The translations under genes were made by a program, and so were the position numbers. Source: Trypanosoma brucei (Eukaryota). Taken from it: 64,000 nt of DNA. Where the stretch lies: the NCBI GenBank assembly GCA_000002445.1, contig CH464491.1, forward strand, positions 2,464,001 through 2,528,000, in the 5' to 3' direction. Positions 59,143 through 64,000 of the stretch are shown here, in pieces; positions within the stretch are counted from its first letter, which is position 1, and every line of letters starts with the position of its first letter. Under the pieces are notes generated by a model. The model was not told where the DNA came from. It searched no databases and saw only the letters and a list, made by a program, of their open reading frames with translations.

Positions 59143-61824
59143 TCAATCCCTGCTTCCTTCACTGCCTCGCCCACTGATATCCTCAGTTCCTGACCTTTTC
59201 ATCGCTTCACTGGCTTGGTCACTGCCAATCTCCTCAGCATCTACTTTTGCTGCTTCACTGGTTTGCTTACTCTCCGTGTCCTCGGTGTCTGGATCTTTTG
59301 CTGCTTCGCTTGTTCTCTCACTCGCACCTTCTGTACCAGACCTTTTCATCGCTTCACTGGCTTGGTCACTGCCAATCTCCTCAGCATCTACTTTTGCTGC
59401 TTCACTGGTTTGTTTACTCTCCGTGTCATCGTTGTCTGGATCTTTTGCTGCTTCGCTCGTTTTCTCATTCGCATCCTCTGTATCAGATGGCTTCCGCGCT
59501 TCACTTGTCCATTCACTGTCAATCTCCTCAGTGTCCGCCTCTTTTGCTGTTTCGCTTATCTGTTTACTGCCAATCTCCTCAGTCTCCGCCTCTTTTGCCG
59601 CACCACTCGCCTCGTTGCCTTCAATATCCCCGGTATCTGGATCTTTTGCTGCTTCACTGGCTTGTTTACTGCCAATCTCCTCAGCATCTTCTTCTTTTGC
59701 TGCTTCGCTCGTTTTCTCATTCGCATCCTCCGTATCAGATGGTTTCCCCGCCTCACATGACTGCTCGTCCCCAAACTGTTCATCGGCATATTCTTCATTG
59801 GCAACCTCCTGTGCGGCGCCTTCCTCATCCGCATTGGCACCTCCATCGGCAACAGCGTCCTCAGCAGCGACAGTGTCTTGCGCAATAGGAGGTTCTGTGA
59901 CTTGCCCCTCCTCAACCTCAACGTCACCTTCTCCACCAGCCCCATTCTCAACTGCAGAACGGGAGTGTTGGCTTGTGGAACCCTCGTGCAAACGCGAGGC
60001 GCTACCACCGGGGGCGCCCTCAGCGTGTTCACCCTTTGGAGCCTCAACACCACTGGTACTTCTCATACGCCCAACTGAAGAGGCGGAAGGAGGTGCCCCT
60101 GAGCCACCAAAGTTGTTTTGAGTTGCAACGGATGGCAGGGACAGCTCATGTCCCAGTCCGAGGGAACGTTCGTAGAGGGCAATTATGTCGGCTGAGGCGG
60201 ACAGTTTATCTTCATCTTCGCAGATTCGTTTAGCGTATGGTTCGAGTACTTGCCTGAATTGTTCATCCCCAACATTCTCAACAAACTCCAGCACAAGATG
60301 ATTATCTGACGCCTCTTTCACGTTGAATTTCGTGAACCACGGGGTTAAAACAGTGAACACTCCATTTTCGCCCGTTTCTTCAAGTTGGATCACGTTGGGA
60401 ATCCCACAAATCTCCACCTTAAAGGCAGCCTCCGTTTCTCCACTCGAAGAGAGTCGGCTGAGAGGCGGTAAAACAACTTGGCCTCCTTCCTTGGCGTTCT
60501 CGATCTGGTTCACTTGGCCGGCCTCATCACAACAATAATAAAACGGTTTAGCGTCAGTCACTTCTGACGTGCAGTGGCAGATGACTGTATATGCGAGTGT
60601 GGGGTAGTTTTTGAGTAGCGTACCCCCTGCCAACTCATCCGCCAATTCCTGCCGCACTCCAGTAAGTTCCTCAAGTTTGTCACCGTTGCATGATATCAGG
60701 AGTTGAGCCAGTTTAGCGTAAGCAATGCTTCCAGACGGATATTTCTCTGCCGCAGCGTGACACATAATGTGAATATTTTCCGCAGCGACGTTGCAACCGC
60801 TCAGATAAGCTTCCACAGTGGGTAAATCGGCGACAAGAGCCAGAGCGTCCTCCGCATCCTTCTCCGCCTCCTCACATGACATGAGAACGAACCGGCTGTT
60901 ACCCGAGCCATCCGGCTGTATTGCCAAGACTCGATGCCATATCTCCGGTTTCCATTCTGTACGGGCATCGCAGTGGGAACTGAGCACATTGACGAAGCTC
61001 CCAGTTAGTGCGGTGTCGTCTGCGGGCTGGTCCCCAGACGCCTTGCGTTTGCCGCTATCAGCGGGTGTTTCTTCGCTCTTGCTCAAGAAAGGGAAGACGT
61101 TGATAAAAGCCGTCTCTATCGCCTGACCGGCAGTCCACTTGTCGAGTGCACTGACGCTTACTTTATCACCATCAACACCGATAACCTCCGCAAGAGTACT
61201 CTCCTCTTTAGCAGAGAGAGGCCTGGCCGTCCCGACGTGCTCAAGTATGGCACGCATAAAGGACTCCCAGAAGACTTCAGACTCCCCTTCACCAAAGTAA
61301 CGCCCCCAAAAGTCAAGCAATGGCTTGCTTTCCGTGCACTCCTTGGCGGGTTTTTGGGAGCGGCACAGCTCAATAACGTAATTGATTATCTTGGGTGTGT
61401 TAATGCCCTCTATAGAGGTACGTTTCCTGCCTTCTTTAAAAAATACAAAGTAAGACTTCGATTTTCCGCGCCGGCTCTCAAGGATATCCTTCCAGAACGG
61501 TGCCAAGGATTCTCGAAACTTTACCTTGTCATCTGTTTTCATGTGCTGATGGTGCTCCTCTGTCTGGTCAATGCTCTCGAGAATGGAGTTGCACTCCACG
61601 GAGAGAAAACGAAGATACGCCTGATCAGAAGCGTCCATTTGCAAGCGCCTAAAGGTCTCAGACAGCGCCTTGCTAAGTCCCCACTCGGAACTGTACACAT
61701 CTAGTACCGCCACCCCATGTTGCTCATGTATAAGCCGAAGCTCCTGCTCCAGTTTCACGGCATTTGTGATGTCCTGTACAATTTCTGTGCGGTTTTGCTG
61801 TTGCATTACCACGCAGTAAAACAA
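59143..61824 (-). CDS. Thioredoxin-like-fold protein with a long acidic C-terminal tandem-repeat tail
   Basis: N-terminus HGVAVLDVYSSEWGLSKA...KSYFVFFKEGRK resembles a thioredoxin fold with no CxxC. The C-terminal third (low coordinates) is made of 49-aa repeats, SEAAKDPDTEDTESKQTSEAAKVDAEEIGSDQASEAMKRSGTE, encoded by 147-bp DNA repeats at 59194-59487. Confidence 0.65.
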   Translation of the reverse strand: MFYCVVMQQQNRTEIVQDITNAVKLEQELRLIHEQHGVAVLDVYSSEWGLSKALSETFRRLQMDASDQAYLRFLSVECNSILESIDQTEEHHQHMKTDDKVKFRESLAPFWKDILESRRGKSKSYFVFFKEGRKRTSIEGINTPKIINYVIELCRSQKPAKECTESKPLLDFWGRYFGEGESEVFWESFMRAILEHVGTARPLSAKEESTLAEVIGVDGDKVSVSALDKWTAGQAIETAFINVFPFLSKSEETPADSGKRKASGDQPADDTALTGSFVNVLSSHCDARTEWKPEIWHRVLAIQPDGSGNSRFVLMSCEEAEKDAEDALALVADLPTVEAYLSGCNVAAENIHIMCHAAAEKYPSGSIAYAKLAQLLISCNGDKLEELTGVRQELADELAGGTLLKNYPTLAYTVICHCTSEVTDAKPFYYCCDEAGQVNQIENAKEGGQVVLPPLSRLSSSGETEAAFKVEICGIPNVIQLEETGENGVFTVLTPWFTKFNVKEASDNHLVLEFVENVGDEQFRQVLEPYAKRICEDEDKLSASADIIALYERSLGLGHELSLPSVATQNNFGGSGAPPSASSVGRMRSTSGVEAPKGEHAEGAPGGSASRLHEGSTSQHSRSAVENGAGGEGDVEVEEGQVTEPPIAQDTVAAEDAVADGGANADEEGAAQEVANEEYADEQFGDEQSCEAGKPSDTEDANEKTSEAAKEEDAEEIGSKQASEAAKDPDTGDIEGNEASGAAKEAETEEIGSKQISETAKEADTEEIDSEWTSEARKPSDTEDANEKTSEAAKDPDNDDTESKQTSEAAKVDAEEIGSDQASEAMKRSGTEGASERTSEAAKDPDTEDTESKQTSEAAKVDAEEIGSDQASEAMKRSGTEDISGRGSEGSRD
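59194..59487 (-). repeat. Two near-identical 147-bp coding tandem repeats, with degenerate copies out to about 59760
   Basis: 59194-59340 and 59341-59487 differ at only a few positions. Shorter related units follow, recurring as ctgccaatctcctcag....cttttgctgcttc. Confidence 0.85.
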
Positions 61825-62298
61825 GACACTTATAAGTCAACTGCAGTAAACCTTCTAAGCACTGCACCGTGGAGGGATGTGCGTCGAAGAATTGCGGGGG
61901 AAACGGTAGGAAAGAGATAGTCGAAAGGGGTTGCGGAACATGATAAGCACAGAAAGAATACTGAAATCGGCATTTTTTTGTCAGAGGGGAAAGGAAAAAG
62001 AAAAAGAAAATTTCCCTCCCAGACACATGGAAGATAACTAAATAATACTGATAACAACGAGACACACAACGCACAGTAATCACCAGCGTTTTTCTTCCTT
62101 CCCTTGGCATGGTTCGGTTCCACCCCACATAGATTTCGCATTCAATAAAAGAAAAAAAGAAAACATCATCAATCTTTCCCCCTCGGGGGGGGGGAGAGGG
62201 AATGATTGTTTCAAATTCCCCCGCTCCATCCTCACTACAGGGCTACATGCAAGCAAGGTCAACAGTTCACAAACAAACAGACAAAGGAAGGGATCTTT

Positions 62299-62835
62299 TC
62301 AGATGCGGGTCCCACAATTCCAACAGAACTGCGCCGTTGGCCGTCTCTGCTCTACTCCACAGTTTGAACATGCCTTCAGCAGTTCCTGCGCATGGGAGGC
62401 GTCCAGTGGGGGGAGCCGCGACGGCACGCAATTTCTAACGCCCCCGTCACGGCCGTGAGGACACGCGCCGACGGACGCGTTCGCAGGACTGTGAGGAGGC
62501 GAAACACTAACAATCCCTCCTAGCACAGCCCCTTCAGATGCAACGGGGTTTGTGCAACGTAACTTCCCCTTATTATTCGCATGCAGAAGGCGCAAGGATG
62601 GATGTTTACTTTGGGGAGAGGGGAGCTGCAAAGGTTCTTGCGTATTCGCTCCCTGCCGCTGAGCCGCTCCACTCGTGCTGCGCACCCGCGGGGGAGAAGC
62701 GACTGCGTCGCTGGAGTTGCGGCGCTTCGAGGAATGTGTCGCGGGACAAGTAGCTTGAACGTCTTCCCAAATCACTTGCAGCTCCTCCAGTTTCAGTTCC
62801 AACTGGGACAGCTCTACCTTCTCCTCCCCTTCCAT
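62299..62835 (-). CDS. Hypothetical protein (178 aa) with a C-terminal zinc-ribbon motif
   Basis: Coiled N-terminus (LSQLELKLEELQVIWEDV). C-terminal CSNCGVEQRRPTAQFCWNCGTRI (CxxC...CxxC). Same strand as its neighbours. Confidence 0.5.
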   Translation of the reverse strand: MEGEEKVELSQLELKLEELQVIWEDVQATCPATHSSKRRNSSDAVASPPRVRSTSGAAQRQGANTQEPLQLPSPQSKHPSLRLLHANNKGKLRCTNPVASEGAVLGGIVSVSPPHSPANASVGACPHGRDGGVRNCVPSRLPPLDASHAQELLKACSNCGVEQRRPTAQFCWNCGTRI

Positions 62836-63501
62836 ACTGAAATTTTTCGATTAGTCAGTATACGCGCATATTCGTGTGACGAACGGCAAGGTGTTGAGAG
62901 AATGAAATAGGGGAGAGAGTACGTAGATGTATGCATTTACAAATAAATAAATACATATATATGTATATATATATATATGTGTGTATCAGTGTAAAGGTGA
63001 AAATGAACAAACAAAAAGTGTGGACACGAAAATCGGAGATGAACGACGCCCTCCATCCCGCCCTCGGGGTGCCTGTCCATCACTTGGTAACACGGCAAAA
63101 AGGGAAGAAGCAAATTTCTTTTATCTCCCATATCACATCCCCCACACCGTCAGTGTATGTGTTTCTCCTTCAAGCATTTCCGTTCCTTCCTATACGCATG
63201 TGTGCACACCCGCGCACGTGTGCCGTGACACATCTGGCCAACTTGTCTTATGCCCCTTGCGGTAAAATACGGAAGAAGGAGCTTCGCCCCCTCTTCGCCT
63301 CTTCACCTCCGCCCAGCCGTCAATGTTATACCCTCTGGAGGCAGCGACGCCGACACGGCACCACGGCCGCCACAGCATTACAGAACAACAGCAACAAAAC
63401 ATACAAACAGAAAGAAGAATGAGGGGGAAGAAAAAGAGAGAGAACAGTAATGTCCATTTAGAAAAAATGGCGTCGTTTTTTCTTGCTCTTTTTCATTTCC
63501 T

Positions 63502-64000
63502 TCAGATAGATGACTCTGGATTGAAGAGGTAGTATCGTATCGTGGGAAGCTGATCATTGACGCAGTTCCTCATTCTGCTGGACAGCGTCCAGTTGCACAC
63601 GATGTGGCCGTCGTGGGACTTAACGACGACGCCGCCCAGTGCCTCCTCTGCGTTAAGATATTCTTTACCCATACGGATGCTCACTCGTGTTCCCACTGTT
63701 TTGAGGTACCACTGCTCGAGTTCACTGAGCATGCCGGTAACAATTGGCTCATCATTCTTGCAAGTGTAAACGATGGCGTCCGTGCGCACGGCAGAGAGAG
63801 CTTCATGCAGGATGGAGACTAGGAGCTTTTTGTAGCTGTCAGTGTTCTTCACAAAAGCCATCAGCTTCGTCTTGATATTCTCCTTTAGTTGTTCCACAAT
63901 ATTAGACTGGGCCTCCATGATGCGCAGCCGTTGTGCCTTGGAGAAGTTCGCCCGCGCCACGCGCCGACCGACATCCACCTGTTTTAACTTTTGCTCATTA
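63502..64000 (-). CDS. V-type H+-ATPase subunit E, partial: N-terminus lies beyond the window end
   Basis: ...KAQRLRIMEAQSNIVEQLKENIKTKL...GGVVVKSHDGHIVCNWTLSSRMRNCVNDQLPTIRYYLF matches the subunit E consensus (QRLKIMEY...GGVVL.S.DGKI.C.NTL..RL). The reading frame continues without a stop to position 64000. Confidence 0.8.
   Translation of the reverse strand, partial: NEQKLKQVDVGRRVARANFSKAQRLRIMEAQSNIVEQLKENIKTKLMAFVKNTDSYKKLLVSILHEALSAVRTDAIVYTCKNDEPIVTGMLSELEQWYLKTVGTRVSIRMGKEYLNAEEALGGVVVKSHDGHIVCNWTLSSRMRNCVNDQLPTIRYYLFNPESSI

Noticed and set aside
59138-60121. + strand ORFs of 181-327 aa (59138-60121, 59215-59760, 59247-59888) rich in SLV and CCF
   Set aside because: These are antisense readings of the 147-bp repeat region of the - strand thioredoxin-like gene.
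1-64000. CRISPR arrays, rRNA, group I/II introns, prokaryotic operon structure
   Set aside because: None seen. The only direct repeats are short coding arrays and microsatellites, and the gene organisation is eukaryotic kinetoplastid polycistronic.

Overview
The window reads as a trypanosomatid nuclear chromosome segment, most likely Trypanosoma cruzi. The organism call is an inference from three things: long intron-less ORFs packed head-to-tail on one strand, polypyrimidine tracts plus AG ahead of every gene, and a phosphonopyruvate decarboxylase gene (T. cruzi is the trypanosomatid known to make phosphonates). Nineteen or twenty genes run on the + strand from 909 to 55294. A convergent strand-switch region of about 2.7 kb follows (55295-58008), and after it a run of genes on the - strand (lipB, a thioredoxin-like repeat protein, a zinc-ribbon protein, and V-ATPase subunit E running off the window edge). 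Products recognised from motifs include VPS15, an NSUN-family RNA m5C methyltransferase, proteasome RPN2, a PX/FYVE-like/AGC-kinase/lipocalin-like fusion, a pseudokinase, a TruD/Pus7 pseudouridine synthase, a RAD3-family Fe-S helicase, a kelch protein, phosphonopyruvate decarboxylase, COQ2, an LRR protein, LipB and V-ATPase E. The most striking unexplained structure is a near-perfect inverted repeat of about 420 bp present twice, about 28 kb apart (24444-24867 and 52818-53235). Its size fits a SIRE-like dispersed element. It brackets a block of about ten genes and makes identical 'ORFs' appear on opposite strands. Other items are two coding tandem-repeat arrays, a 3-kb gene-free interval with a candidate small ORF, and G/C homopolymer tracts in the strand-switch region. 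No CRISPR array, rRNA or convincing tRNA was found.
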